A stretch of 64,000 nucleotides of DNA, from the NCBI GenBank assembly GCA_965231215.1, contig OZ246423.1:960001-1024000 (forward strand), written 5' to 3'. Shown here one piece after another: positions 10,980 to 20,678 of this stretch. The notes under the pieces were generated by a model. It made no database searches, was not told the origin of the DNA, and saw only the letters and a list, made by a program, of their open reading frames with translations. Both the position numbers and the translations under genes were made by a program. The DNA is from Candidatus Altimarinota bacterium (GTDB lineage: Bacteria; Patescibacteriota; Gracilibacteria; UBA4473). Each line of letters starts with the position of its first letter. Position 1 is the stretch's first letter.

Positions 10980-12272
10980 ATGAAAAATAAACACTCAAAT
11001 TTAATATTATTGGTGACGATTTTTACTTTGATAGCCTGTAGTCAAAAGCCTTTATCCAAAAAAACTACCCCAACACCTTTAGAGAACACTCTCAAATTGT
11101 CTCAGGAATGGATGCTGAACTTTCAGGCAGATTCAGGGTTACTTCATTATGTATATCGCCCAGTGGAAAATAGTTTTGATGATGACAACAATTTGGTACG
11201 TCAGGTGGGGTCACTCTGGGGCTTTGCTCAAACTCTAGAAGGAGATATTGATACTGAAAAAGCGCGGTTTATAGACACATTCTTAGACGCCATTGAAGAA
11301 AATATGGAATACCATTTCCTAGGCAACCAAGAAATTGGATATCTGACCTGGGGTAATATAGCTAAAACGAACACCACAGCCCTCTACATTTTAGCTCTAT
11401 TAGAACTTGAGTCTCAAGGCTATGTCTTGTCGCCAGAAAGAGAAAAAGCGCTTCATAAGGTGGCTCTAGGATTAGAGCTTATGGCTAGCAGTGGTGGGGG
11501 ATTTTGGTATATTTATTTTTTCCCTCGAGCGCATAACAAAGTTTCAGCCTACGCTACTGGGGAAGCCTTATTTGCTTTGACCAAGTACCATAAAGCCTAT
11601 CCAAACGCACGCCCTGATTTGAAAGACTTTTTAGAAGTTCAATACAAAACTTATTTTGAAGAAAATATTCTTCCAGCCAAAAACTTCCAGGATCCGATTA
11701 TTCGTGGATTTTTTGCTTGGGGGATGTATTTCCTGAATGAAATGGATGACCTAGCTCCAGTGGATTATGAGAAATATGTAAAACCAATGCTCGTCTGGGC
11801 ATTAGAAGAGAGGGTTTCTACCTTTTGTGCGATAAAAGGCGAAGGCTGTATTTCTGGAGTCAGTGCCGGTGAGGCTTCCTTTATGGAAGGGTTTTTAGCC
11901 GCCTATCCTTTGGTAAAAAAATATGACCCTCCGTTTGTGCTTGAAATAGAAAAATATCTCCATCCGGCTGCCCAAATGTTTATGGATCTGCAGGTTACTT
12001 CTGTTGAAAATTTTGAAACTAAGGTGCAGCAAAATTTCACAGGAGAGGATCACTATCTTATTGGAGGATTCTGCCAAAACCCTGAGTGTGCTCTCTTTAG
12101 GAATGACTATAACCAGCATGCTATGACAGCACTATTTTGGTACAAATCATGGCTACCAGAATTTGAGTTCCTCCCAAAGCTGACAGAGAATAAATCGGTA
12201 GATCAAAACCATGAGTACGCCCAAAAAAATACTCCACCAAAAGAGGTGAATAACATCGAGGTAAGGAACTAA
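10980..12272 (+). CDS. Lipoprotein, predicted alpha/alpha-toroid (prenyltransferase/six-hairpin-like) of unknown function
   Basis: Lipobox LIAC; motifs NNLVRQVG, GEALFAL and FRNDYNQHA; paralog of 18048-19136. Confidence 0.65.
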   Translation: MKNKHSNLILLVTIFTLIACSQKPLSKKTTPTPLENTLKLSQEWMLNFQADSGLLHYVYRPVENSFDDDNNLVRQVGSLWGFAQTLEGDIDTEKARFIDTFLDAIEENMEYHFLGNQEIGYLTWGNIAKTNTTALYILALLELESQGYVLSPEREKALHKVALGLELMASSGGGFWYIYFFPRAHNKVSAYATGEALFALTKYHKAYPNARPDLKDFLEVQYKTYFEENILPAKNFQDPIIRGFFAWGMYFLNEMDDLAPVDYEKYVKPMLVWALEERVSTFCAIKGEGCISGVSAGEASFMEGFLAAYPLVKKYDPPFVLEIEKYLHPAAQMFMDLQVTSVENFETKVQQNFTGEDHYLIGGFCQNPECALFRNDYNQHAMTALFWYKSWLPEFEFLPKLTENKSVDQNHEYAQKNTPPKEVNNIEVRN

Positions 12273-12373
12273 TATTTTTTGTACCCAATTGAGTTCTGTC
12301 AGAGGGTTGTCTTGAATCTGAGGAGAGGCTAGAGGCGGAAGACGTTCAAATAAAGCTTGATTATACATAGTGT

Positions 12374-13648
12374 TTACCAGTAAATATTTTGATGAGGACG
12401 AGCAATAATAGGCGCCTCTTCAGTGGTTTTGATCCAGGAGTTATGTCTGAAAGGGGTATAGGTGAGATTACAGATATCAGGCTCGTCTATAATTCTGTGA
12501 AAAGGGCCACCATTAATACTGTGGTCAAGCACCATACCGACAGCTTCATCTTCAAAGGTAGTACAAAATTTGTTTCGTTTTCTAAACCAAATGCCGTAAG
12601 GATCACAACGTCTTCTAGCAGAGAGTCTAACTTCAGAAGCAATAGAATCTCCATTTTCTCTAAAAAATTGAATCCTACACTGATGGTTTGCCTCAAACAT
12701 GTAGAGTCCATAAAAATTTCCCTCTAGCGTCAATTTTTCGTCCCCAGCAATGAAGTGAGAAAGAGACTGAATTACAAATATTAAGGTGATCAATACCCAT
12801 CCAGTGATAGATTTTAGATCCAGAGGGATTTTTTTCCAGGGCGTAAACCAAGGGCCAAACAGAATAATCAAACTGGGCAATACGATAGTCGGGTAGTGAT
12901 AGTATACCAGTAACCCCGAATAGAGATGAAACGTAATAAAGAAAAGCAGTACGAGTCTTTGCAGTACCCAGTTTTTGCTAAACAAAAACCAAGCCGCTAC
13001 CATTTCCATAAAGATAACGAGGTTTGTCCAGAAAGTGGTGGTGATATCGGGGAAAATAGGGAGGCCAGTCTTGAGGGAAGTAAAATAGGTTCCAAGCGTC
13101 CAACCAGGGTGGATTTTGGTAGCGGTAGAAAGGAAATAAAAGGACACAAAAGCCAGTTGCGCAAAGAACTTTTTATGCGGTAAAAACAGTAATACCAGAC
13201 AGAATATAGTGTGGTAGTAGTTATAGTTTTGTTTGTGCTCAAAGGTCAGAAATAAAAAATAAAATTTCCAGATAAATAAAAACAAAATAGCAAGATGTGC
13301 ATAATGCCATTTTTGACGGTACATCGCATATACACAGGCAATCATTACGCCGAACAACACCATGAACACAAATGGCTGCGAGTATCCATCGGGGAGAGTA
13401 GATAAAAACCTAAAATTTTCACAGGCTGTTTGGGCAAAAGGCCAGCAGGTATAGGATTTATTTTCGAGCGCTTCGAGCGTAGTGCTAGGATTCCCGATCC
13501 AAGTTTTATAGGTAGCATGGAACCCCAAAAGTACCGCGCCTAAAAACCATTTAAGGGTTATGTCATTTTCAATTTCATGTACCGAGAATATTTTTTTATA
13601 GATCCGCCAGAAACGGGTGTCTGGAGGACTTTGTGTTTGTGTTTTCAT
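12374..13648 (-). CDS. HTTM-domain / vitamin K-dependent gamma-carboxylase-like membrane protein
   Basis: Multi-pass membrane protein with NYNYYH, YFLSTATKIHPGW, EGNFYGLYMF and SINGGPFHRIID, which resemble HTTM/GGCX motifs. Confidence 0.65.
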   Translation of the reverse strand: MKTQTQSPPDTRFWRIYKKIFSVHEIENDITLKWFLGAVLLGFHATYKTWIGNPSTTLEALENKSYTCWPFAQTACENFRFLSTLPDGYSQPFVFMVLFGVMIACVYAMYRQKWHYAHLAILFLFIWKFYFLFLTFEHKQNYNYYHTIFCLVLLFLPHKKFFAQLAFVSFYFLSTATKIHPGWTLGTYFTSLKTGLPIFPDITTTFWTNLVIFMEMVAAWFLFSKNWVLQRLVLLFFITFHLYSGLLVYYHYPTIVLPSLIILFGPWFTPWKKIPLDLKSITGWVLITLIFVIQSLSHFIAGDEKLTLEGNFYGLYMFEANHQCRIQFFRENGDSIASEVRLSARRRCDPYGIWFRKRNKFCTTFEDEAVGMVLDHSINGGPFHRIIDEPDICNLTYTPFRHNSWIKTTEEAPIIARPHQNIYW

Positions 13649-13756
13649 GTATGATTTATTTTTATTGGTTTTGGGGCTGAATGCAACGGATTTTTAGACT
13701 GGGAATTCATGTTTTTTTTTCTATAATTTAAGGGAAGCTTACCTCTTTATTTTTCA

Positions 13757-16700
13757 ATGCGATTTATCCATTTTTGGACTTATATTTTGATGCTTGTTTT
13801 TGGAACTTTTTATTTCTGGACCCAGTCTAGATATCCAAAACTGCTTGAAAAATCTGTGGCTGGAGAACTCATAGAAACGGATGGTGGGATTGCCTTTCAT
13901 CCAAAATTTTTTCTAGAACCCACAGATTTATGGTTTGAGGCCATCGGAAAAATATTTTTTAACTGGGGGTATGACAACATCCAGGGAATGACTTTTGGGT
14001 TTTTTCTCGGAGCGGTTATTCTGTCACTCGTAAAGGTATCTCCTTGGTTTCAAAAAACTTACAAATCCCATTGGGCCAATATCCTTCAGGGGTTTACGTT
14101 AGGGGTGCCTATTGGCGTTTGTGCTAATTGTATTGTTCCCGTAGGGCAAGGACTTATTAGGGCCGGTAAATCCTGGTCTTTAGTGCTGACTACGATGGTG
14201 AGTTCTCCTACGTTTAACGTCATTGTGATACTCATTTTGATGTTGCTGTTTCCCTGGTATTTGGTGCTGCTTAAAATCTTAGGAACGCTGCTAATCATTG
14301 CCTGCATTCCTCTCATTACGGCAGGACTTGAAAACAAAAAAAATGCCAAATCTATAGCGGCTGAATCCTGCGAAGTAAAATCCTACAAAAATGGTGTTGA
14401 AGCTTTTCTAGACGCTATTAAAGATTTTTTGAAACACCTAGTTTTTATCCTCCAAAAGACTTTGGGCTGGATGATATTAGCCGGACTTTTAGGAGCTATA
14501 TTTATCTATTTTATGCCGTTTGATGTGCTTTCAGAGCTACCAGTAACTTGGTGGAGTCTGATTTTTATTGCGATGGTAGGAACTTTTGTTCCAGTGCCGA
14601 TAACTTTTGATCTCTTTTTGGCTTCTATTTTATTTCAGGGTGGAGCGCCAGCAGGAATTGTAATGGTGCTCTTATTTACTTTAGGGATTCACAGTATCTA
14701 TCCAGCAATGATTATTTATCGTGAAGCCAACCCAAAAGTCGCGTTAAAACTCTTTAGTCTGGTAGTGGCGATGGGGGTTTTGCTGGGAATGCTGGCACAC
14801 CAGTTGGATACACGTTTTGTGAACCAGACAAAGTCGGTTTTAAGCCAACAAGCCGTGCAAAATTTTCAAAAAGAGAAAGCCATTTTAAAACAATCTTGCC
14901 GTCAGTTGCCAGATATAAAAGCTCAAGAAGCCTGTTTCAAAAAAGGAATTAAAGAACGGCTTGGAAAAAACCAAAAGGCTGACTTGTGTAAATTAGAATC
15001 TGATTGGCTTTCGGTTTCCCAGTGTAGAGCCTTGATTATGACTCAGCGAGCTGTGGCAGAAGGAAACTTGGATTTTTGTAATGGATTGTATAAAGAGCTC
15101 AAACTTAACTGCCAAAGGGCGGTAGTGCAGTCAGTAGTAGAAGAGCGCCGTAAACATAAAGCTATCTGCAAAGTACTCCCTCAAGCTGAGCAATTGAAAT
15201 GTGAAGATGAAGTCGAAAAAAGACGAGTTTCACAAATCTATCCAGAATTTTATAGTGTGCTTTGTTCTGGATTTGAGCGCCCAAGGAACCTCGATTTCTG
15301 TTTTGCTAAAAGAGTCATCTATCAGCCAGAACTCTGTGATGAATTGAAATCTTCAGAAGATCAGCTTTGGTGTCATGAAAAGAGAATCCTTACACAAGCT
15401 ACGATCACTATTGAAGATATGTACCTAGAAGATCCGGCAGGAAGTAGAGCCATTTTAGACATTAAATCTGATGTCTCTGAAAAACCTTTGTCCGAGATTA
15501 AAACCCCTCAAATTATACCGGAAGTGCTGTCAGATCAAGATGACATTAAAATCGAAACTATTAAAGGTTTGCCTAAATCTACTTGGGACGGGGCAACTGT
15601 TTTTGAGCGAATAGAATTGCCTCATATGGGGAACCGGTTTGGGATACTTGATTTTTTTACGCCTTTCTCATTGGGGAGAGGTATTGCGGTGGGAGATGTA
15701 AATAAAGATCATTGGCCAGACTTGGTTTTTGCTACAAAAAGTGGGGTTGAGCTTTATGTTGGAAATGGAACTGAGAATTTTTCGAAAGTAAAATTGGACG
15801 AGAACCTATCATCTAAAAGCGTGTTTTTAGTCAGTCTAATTGATATAAATAACGATACTTGGGTAGACATATTTTTATCTACTTATTCTGGTAAGAACTT
15901 TTTTATCATTAATGATGAAGGGGTATTTTCAGAGGTTATAGAGCTTGATAAAAATTCAGAGAGAGCTATTAGTTTTGGAGCCACATTTAGTGATTTAGAT
16001 CAAAATGGATTCTTGGATATAGGTCTGGGCAATGTCACTTCCTATAACCGAGATTTTATTCGTAAAACTTCCTCAAAAAATGAAGTCTATCTCAATAATA
16101 GCTTAGATTTTAAAAAATATGATTTCCCAGAAATCACAGGGGAAACCCTTTCAATTTTGTTTTCAGACGTAGATCAAAATGGGGTTACAGACCTTCTTGT
16201 GGGCAATGATTATAAAGAGCCAGATATGTATTATTTTGATTTTTTTGAGCACAAAACGCCGGATAAAAGATCCAAAATAAAACACACCGCTGCCAGTACT
16301 ATGAGTATTGATACTGGAGATATAAATAATGATCTTCATTTGGATCTGTTTTTGGCGGATATGAGCTTTAAAAAAAATAGCGTTAACTACTGTGATAGTA
16401 TCAAAGATGCCGAGGCTTATAAAAAGTGTAGTTACTATCGTGATGTACTCCATCCAATTATTAGGAGTCGCTCAGTGAGTCAGTGCCAAAGTTTGGAAGC
16501 GAGTGGTGCTTGTATGGTGGCCGTGGCTTTAGCTTTGGCCATTCAGTATGAAGATAAAAGTTTTTGTGAAGCCATACCTACCGTCTATCCCAAAGTTCAG
16601 GCACGATGTTTTCGGGCTCTAGAACAAAGAACCGATAAAATTGAAACCATGGATCTAAACGATTTTGGCTGGCAAAAAACAGAGAACGTATTGCTCTTGG

Positions 16701-17320
16701 GCAATAATAAACAGACCTTTGATCCAGCGCCTAAAAATTGGAATTTTCAAGAAAGTTTTTGGGCCTGGAATAGTAAGTTTGCCGATCTAGATAATGACAC
16801 CTGGTTGGATATATATGTTGGCAATGGACGGATGCGACAAAAAGAAACCCACTCGAATGTGTTTTATCATAATCAAAAAGGCAAAGGGTTTGTGAAAGCC
16901 CAAGAGGCTTTTGGGCTCGAAGATTATCTACATACCCCGGCTTATGTTTATACAGATTTTGATAATGACTTAGATTTAGACATGGTGACCATAGGCATTA
17001 ATGGGCCTACCCGGATTTTCAAAAACCATATTCAGAGCAATGGAATTATTTTTGATCTCAAAGACGAAAAGGGCAATAGTGAAGCTATTGGAGCTAAAAT
17101 CTATATTTATTATGGCGATGGATTGTCACAAATCAGAGAAGTAAAATCTGGAGGAGGATTTATATCTTTTGAAGATACAAGTGTTCATTTTGGACTACAC
17201 AATTTTGATTGGGTGGATCAAGTAGAAATTTATTGGCCTGATGGTGAAAAAACTAAAATAACCCAACCACTTAAAACAAATCAAAAATATATTATTCATC
17301 GAAAAGCGCGACAAAGTTGA
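13757..17320 (+). CDS. Fusion of a DUF318/ArsP-like permease, Cys-rich repeats, FG-GAP/VCBS repeats and an ASPIC/UnbV (CRTAC1-like) domain
   Basis: N-terminal TM helices with PIGVCANCIVP; GDVNKDHWPDL and DLDNDTWLDIYV repeats; AIGAKI...VHFGL...IYWPDG C-terminus. Confidence 0.8.
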   Translation: MRFIHFWTYILMLVFGTFYFWTQSRYPKLLEKSVAGELIETDGGIAFHPKFFLEPTDLWFEAIGKIFFNWGYDNIQGMTFGFFLGAVILSLVKVSPWFQKTYKSHWANILQGFTLGVPIGVCANCIVPVGQGLIRAGKSWSLVLTTMVSSPTFNVIVILILMLLFPWYLVLLKILGTLLIIACIPLITAGLENKKNAKSIAAESCEVKSYKNGVEAFLDAIKDFLKHLVFILQKTLGWMILAGLLGAIFIYFMPFDVLSELPVTWWSLIFIAMVGTFVPVPITFDLFLASILFQGGAPAGIVMVLLFTLGIHSIYPAMIIYREANPKVALKLFSLVVAMGVLLGMLAHQLDTRFVNQTKSVLSQQAVQNFQKEKAILKQSCRQLPDIKAQEACFKKGIKERLGKNQKADLCKLESDWLSVSQCRALIMTQRAVAEGNLDFCNGLYKELKLNCQRAVVQSVVEERRKHKAICKVLPQAEQLKCEDEVEKRRVSQIYPEFYSVLCSGFERPRNLDFCFAKRVIYQPELCDELKSSEDQLWCHEKRILTQATITIEDMYLEDPAGSRAILDIKSDVSEKPLSEIKTPQIIPEVLSDQDDIKIETIKGLPKSTWDGATVFERIELPHMGNRFGILDFFTPFSLGRGIAVGDVNKDHWPDLVFATKSGVELYVGNGTENFSKVKLDENLSSKSVFLVSLIDINNDTWVDIFLSTYSGKNFFIINDEGVFSEVIELDKNSERAISFGATFSDLDQNGFLDIGLGNVTSYNRDFIRKTSSKNEVYLNNSLDFKKYDFPEITGETLSILFSDVDQNGVTDLLVGNDYKEPDMYYFDFFEHKTPDKRSKIKHTAASTMSIDTGDINNDLHLDLFLADMSFKKNSVNYCDSIKDAEAYKKCSYYRDVLHPIIRSRSVSQCQSLEASGACMVAVALALAIQYEDKSFCEAIPTVYPKVQARCFRALEQRTDKIETMDLNDFGWQKTENVLLLGNNKQTFDPAPKNWNFQESFWAWNSKFADLDNDTWLDIYVGNGRMRQKETHSNVFYHNQKGKGFVKAQEAFGLEDYLHTPAYVYTDFDNDLDLDMVTIGINGPTRIFKNHIQSNGIIFDLKDEKGNSEAIGAKIYIYYGDGLSQIREVKSGGGFISFEDTSVHFGLHNFDWVDQVEIYWPDGEKTKITQPLKTNQKYIIHRKARQS

Positions 17321-17371
17321 TGAGAAACATCTTGCAAAAAATCAAGGGCTGATTTAGCATTAAAAAAACAC

Positions 17372-18013
17372 ATGAAATACTCATTATTAGCGGTTGGATT
17401 TTCGATTTTATTAGTGGGTTGTGTTCCCTCTGATTCAGGAGATGATACAGCCTTATTAATGAAGGAAATACAGAGTTTAAAAGCTCAAAATCAATCTCTA
17501 AATGAAAGAATTGATTCATTAGCCACAACAGCTCAGCCAGGGCCGGTAGAACTTGAGCCAGCGCCTGTAGAACTTACGAATAACCCAGAAGTACTAGGAG
17601 AAGATATTATAATTGAAGAAATCCCAGACCCGTCCACCATCCCAAGTCCAATTATCGCAGATAAGCAAGCGGCCATGCCTCCGAGTATTAGTTTTGCAGC
17701 CTTTACTTCAGCGCTTACCGTTGAAGCTCCAGAAGCCTTACCTAAAGTTCTTGAAATTCGTAGAGCTTATGATGAAGCCAACAGAGAGGCTTGGAATAAT
17801 TTAAAACAAGTTCAAGACTCTGGATTAGAGCATCATTCAAACCAAATAGCCCTTCGTGAAGAACTCTATAATGATATTGATGGGGTGGTTAATGGGGCAG
17901 CTCCTGAAGCTATGGCTATTTTACGACAAGGAATAGAATTTCGTAATGACTACAACCGTCAAAAAATTGCCAATTGGGAAGCCCCTCAAGAATCTCAAGA
18001 ACCTCCACAATAG
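17372..18013 (+). CDS. Hypothetical lipoprotein (coiled coil, Pro/Glu-rich linker)
   Basis: Lipobox LVGC. Confidence 0.7.
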   Translation: MKYSLLAVGFSILLVGCVPSDSGDDTALLMKEIQSLKAQNQSLNERIDSLATTAQPGPVELEPAPVELTNNPEVLGEDIIIEEIPDPSTIPSPIIADKQAAMPPSISFAAFTSALTVEAPEALPKVLEIRRAYDEANREAWNNLKQVQDSGLEHHSNQIALREELYNDIDGVVNGAAPEAMAILRQGIEFRNDYNRQKIANWEAPQESQEPPQ

Positions 18014-18047
18014 TCTTTCGTGCAGAAGAGTGATATAGTACTCAATA

Positions 18048-19136
18048 ATGAGGTATTTTTTAGTTTTTTTATTGGTACTGATTTTTACCGGATGTACTAA
18101 ACAGATGGCCCTGCCCGATCAATCAGTAGTTAAAGAAGCTATACTAAAGGCTCAAGACTGGATTGTTGCTTCGCAAAAGGAAGATGGATTATTTGTTTAC
18201 CTTTATGATCGAAAATCAAAGCAAGAGGTAGAGGCAAACAATATAGTGAGGCAAATAGGGACTTTTTGGAGTTTATGTGCAACCTATTCATATAATTACC
18301 GACCCCAAATCCTCAAAAGTATTAATGACTTTAGAGCCGGTATTGAGCCGTATATACAAGCAGGAGAAGTAGCCGAAGATAATATCGCTTATATTGAGTT
18401 TGATGGTCTGGCTAAAGTTAATAGCGCTTCACTTTATATTTTGGCTTTAGCCTCACTTCAAGAGCAAGGCATAATACTTACAAACAAAGAAAAAACTTGG
18501 CTTCCCCAACTGGTTCGAGGTATACAAAAAATGGCCTTAGAAAACGGTGGATTTTATTATCTATATTTTGTGCCTGCTGAAAAAAATAGAGTCTCTATTT
18601 ATGGAAGTGGACAAGCTTTGTATGCATTACAGCGTTACAATCAGGTGTTTTTAAATCACAATCAAGACCTCCAAGAGTTTATAAACTTTCATTTTGAAAT
18701 TTTATTTAATCAAGCTCTAGAAGGCACACTAGAAGAAGAGCCTACTCGGGCCTTTGTTTTATGGGGATTATATATTTTAAATGAAGGACAGATACCACAA
18801 GCAGAGCAAAAAATAAGGCAGCTCCTGCAAAAACTAAACCAGTATCGCAAATTTAATCAAGAGTGTACTCACCATGGATGCATTTTAGCGCCAGAAGGAA
18901 AGGACCCAGCACTACTAGAGGGGCTCACAAAGGTTTTAAAAACATATCCAGTAGAAGGGTTATTTGAATATCAAGCCAAGGCTGTAGATGAATTACTAGA
19001 CCGTCAAATACAACCCTCAGAAGGTTTTGGGGCCGGAGCTTTTTGCAAGGAAGAAGCCTGCGAAACACTACGCATTGACAGAACTCAGCATGGGATAATG
19101 GCCTTGAATAATTTGTGGCTTCAACTAACTCAGTAG
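18048..19136 (+). CDS. Lipoprotein, alpha/alpha-toroid paralog of 10980-12272
   Basis: Lipobox FTGC; motifs NNIVRQIG, GQALYAL and LRIDRTQHG. Confidence 0.65.
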   Translation: MRYFLVFLLVLIFTGCTKQMALPDQSVVKEAILKAQDWIVASQKEDGLFVYLYDRKSKQEVEANNIVRQIGTFWSLCATYSYNYRPQILKSINDFRAGIEPYIQAGEVAEDNIAYIEFDGLAKVNSASLYILALASLQEQGIILTNKEKTWLPQLVRGIQKMALENGGFYYLYFVPAEKNRVSIYGSGQALYALQRYNQVFLNHNQDLQEFINFHFEILFNQALEGTLEEEPTRAFVLWGLYILNEGQIPQAEQKIRQLLQKLNQYRKFNQECTHHGCILAPEGKDPALLEGLTKVLKTYPVEGLFEYQAKAVDELLDRQIQPSEGFGAGAFCKEEACETLRIDRTQHGIMALNNLWLQLTQ

Positions 19137-19148
19137 ATTTTTATTGTT

Positions 19149-20597
19149 TTATCTATTTCTTCCCTTTATCACCACGAGTATACTTTTGTATCCGATGATA
19201 AGATCCATCCATAGAGACCAGTTTTTAAGGTAGAACATTTCGTACTTCATCTCCTCTTCAAAACTCAGGTCTGATTGCCCATTAACCTGAGAAAATCCAG
19301 TGATTCCTGGCCGGATAGAAAGGAGTTGTAGGTTTTCTTTGGGGTATTTTTTCACCTCATTGGCTAGGTGTGGACGAGGCCCAATAAGGCTCATATCTCT
19401 GATCAAAACATTCCAGAGTTGAGGTAGTTCATCAAGCGAGTATTTTCGTAGAAAAGCCCCAAAGGGGGTAATTCGCGGATCATCTTTGATTTTAAAAAAC
19501 ACATCCCCTTTACGCTCATTCTTTTTCATAAGATCTTTTTTCTGGTCTTCAGCCTCTTTGATCATGGTTCGAAACTTATAGCACCAAAATTCTTTCCCCC
19601 CAAAACCGACTCGTTTAGAAGCATAAAATACTGGAGCGGTTCGATCTGAAATCCAGGTTCGGATGATAATAAACACCATCAAAGGACTCAGCAGAATTAA
19701 GGCGATAGTTGCTACAAAAATATCAATACTGGTCTTTACCAGAAGGCCCCAGCCATGCAGAGCTGAGTTTTGTAGTGTAATGAGCGGAAGGTCTTTATAA
19801 GTTGAGGTATGAACTGCGGCTAGATCCAAAGTCAGTTCATCCGGGAAGATGCGGAATTTAGTATGCTGAGTTTGGGCAATGCGTACCAGTTGTGCTGTGA
19901 GATTTTCTTTTACATTATCCGAAGCCAGCCAGATTTCATCGATGTGTTGAGCCTTTAGTACCTTTTCCAAGTTACGAAAGTTCCCCAAAACTTTATAAGA
20001 CTCTAGAGTGGTTTTGGATGATTTTTTTTCGGAGAGGAGACCTACCACTTGGATACTATTATCTACTTTTACTTTAGATAAAACTCTGAACGCGAGATGG
20101 CCAGTCCCCAAAATCAAAAGGCGTTGTTGCCCAATCCCTTGCGTGTGCAGGTAGTGTTGAACCATCCGAATCAAGATTCTTCCTATAAGGATAAAGACAA
20201 AAGACAAGACCCAAGAAAGGGCAAAAACGAGTCTCGAGAAGAACTGAAATTGGGCAAAGAAAAAGAAGATTGCCAGCAACGCAAGCCCGGAAGCCAAGCT
20301 CCAAAAAATACCACTAAACTCATCGAGTATTTTTTGATCTGCCTCAAATTTATATCGCCCCTGAATAGCAAAAATAGTCAAAATAATCACTGTAAATTGA
20401 ACCGCAAAATTTATAAATAGATCAAACGGGAAAAGGGTTATGGGAGGCGTGAAGATTTCAACCGTGTACAGTCCATCAAAGAAGCTTAATGCAAAAAACT
20501 TCATACGAATCATATACGCGGCAATCAGCGCCAAAAAGAGAGAACTGGCATCCAGTAAAATTCTTGATAAGGCTACTATGTGGGCGGTTTTATGCAT
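19149..20597 (-). CDS. Polyprenyl-phosphate glycosylphosphotransferase (WcaJ/WbaP family)
   Basis: KFRTM, DPRIT..G.FLRKYSLDELPQLWNV and RPGITG motifs with N-terminal TM helices. Confidence 0.93.
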   Translation of the reverse strand: MHKTAHIVALSRILLDASSLFLALIAAYMIRMKFFALSFFDGLYTVEIFTPPITLFPFDLFINFAVQFTVIILTIFAIQGRYKFEADQKILDEFSGIFWSLASGLALLAIFFFFAQFQFFSRLVFALSWVLSFVFILIGRILIRMVQHYLHTQGIGQQRLLILGTGHLAFRVLSKVKVDNSIQVVGLLSEKKSSKTTLESYKVLGNFRNLEKVLKAQHIDEIWLASDNVKENLTAQLVRIAQTQHTKFRIFPDELTLDLAAVHTSTYKDLPLITLQNSALHGWGLLVKTSIDIFVATIALILLSPLMVFIIIRTWISDRTAPVFYASKRVGFGGKEFWCYKFRTMIKEAEDQKKDLMKKNERKGDVFFKIKDDPRITPFGAFLRKYSLDELPQLWNVLIRDMSLIGPRPHLANEVKKYPKENLQLLSIRPGITGFSQVNGQSDLSFEEEMKYEMFYLKNWSLWMDLIIGYKSILVVIKGRNR

Positions 20598-20678
20598 GAG
20601 AGTACCTCTTAATTCTAGTGATTGATAAAAAATCTGAAAATAAAAATTCAGCTATCGATTTGAAAGGAGTAAAGGGGA

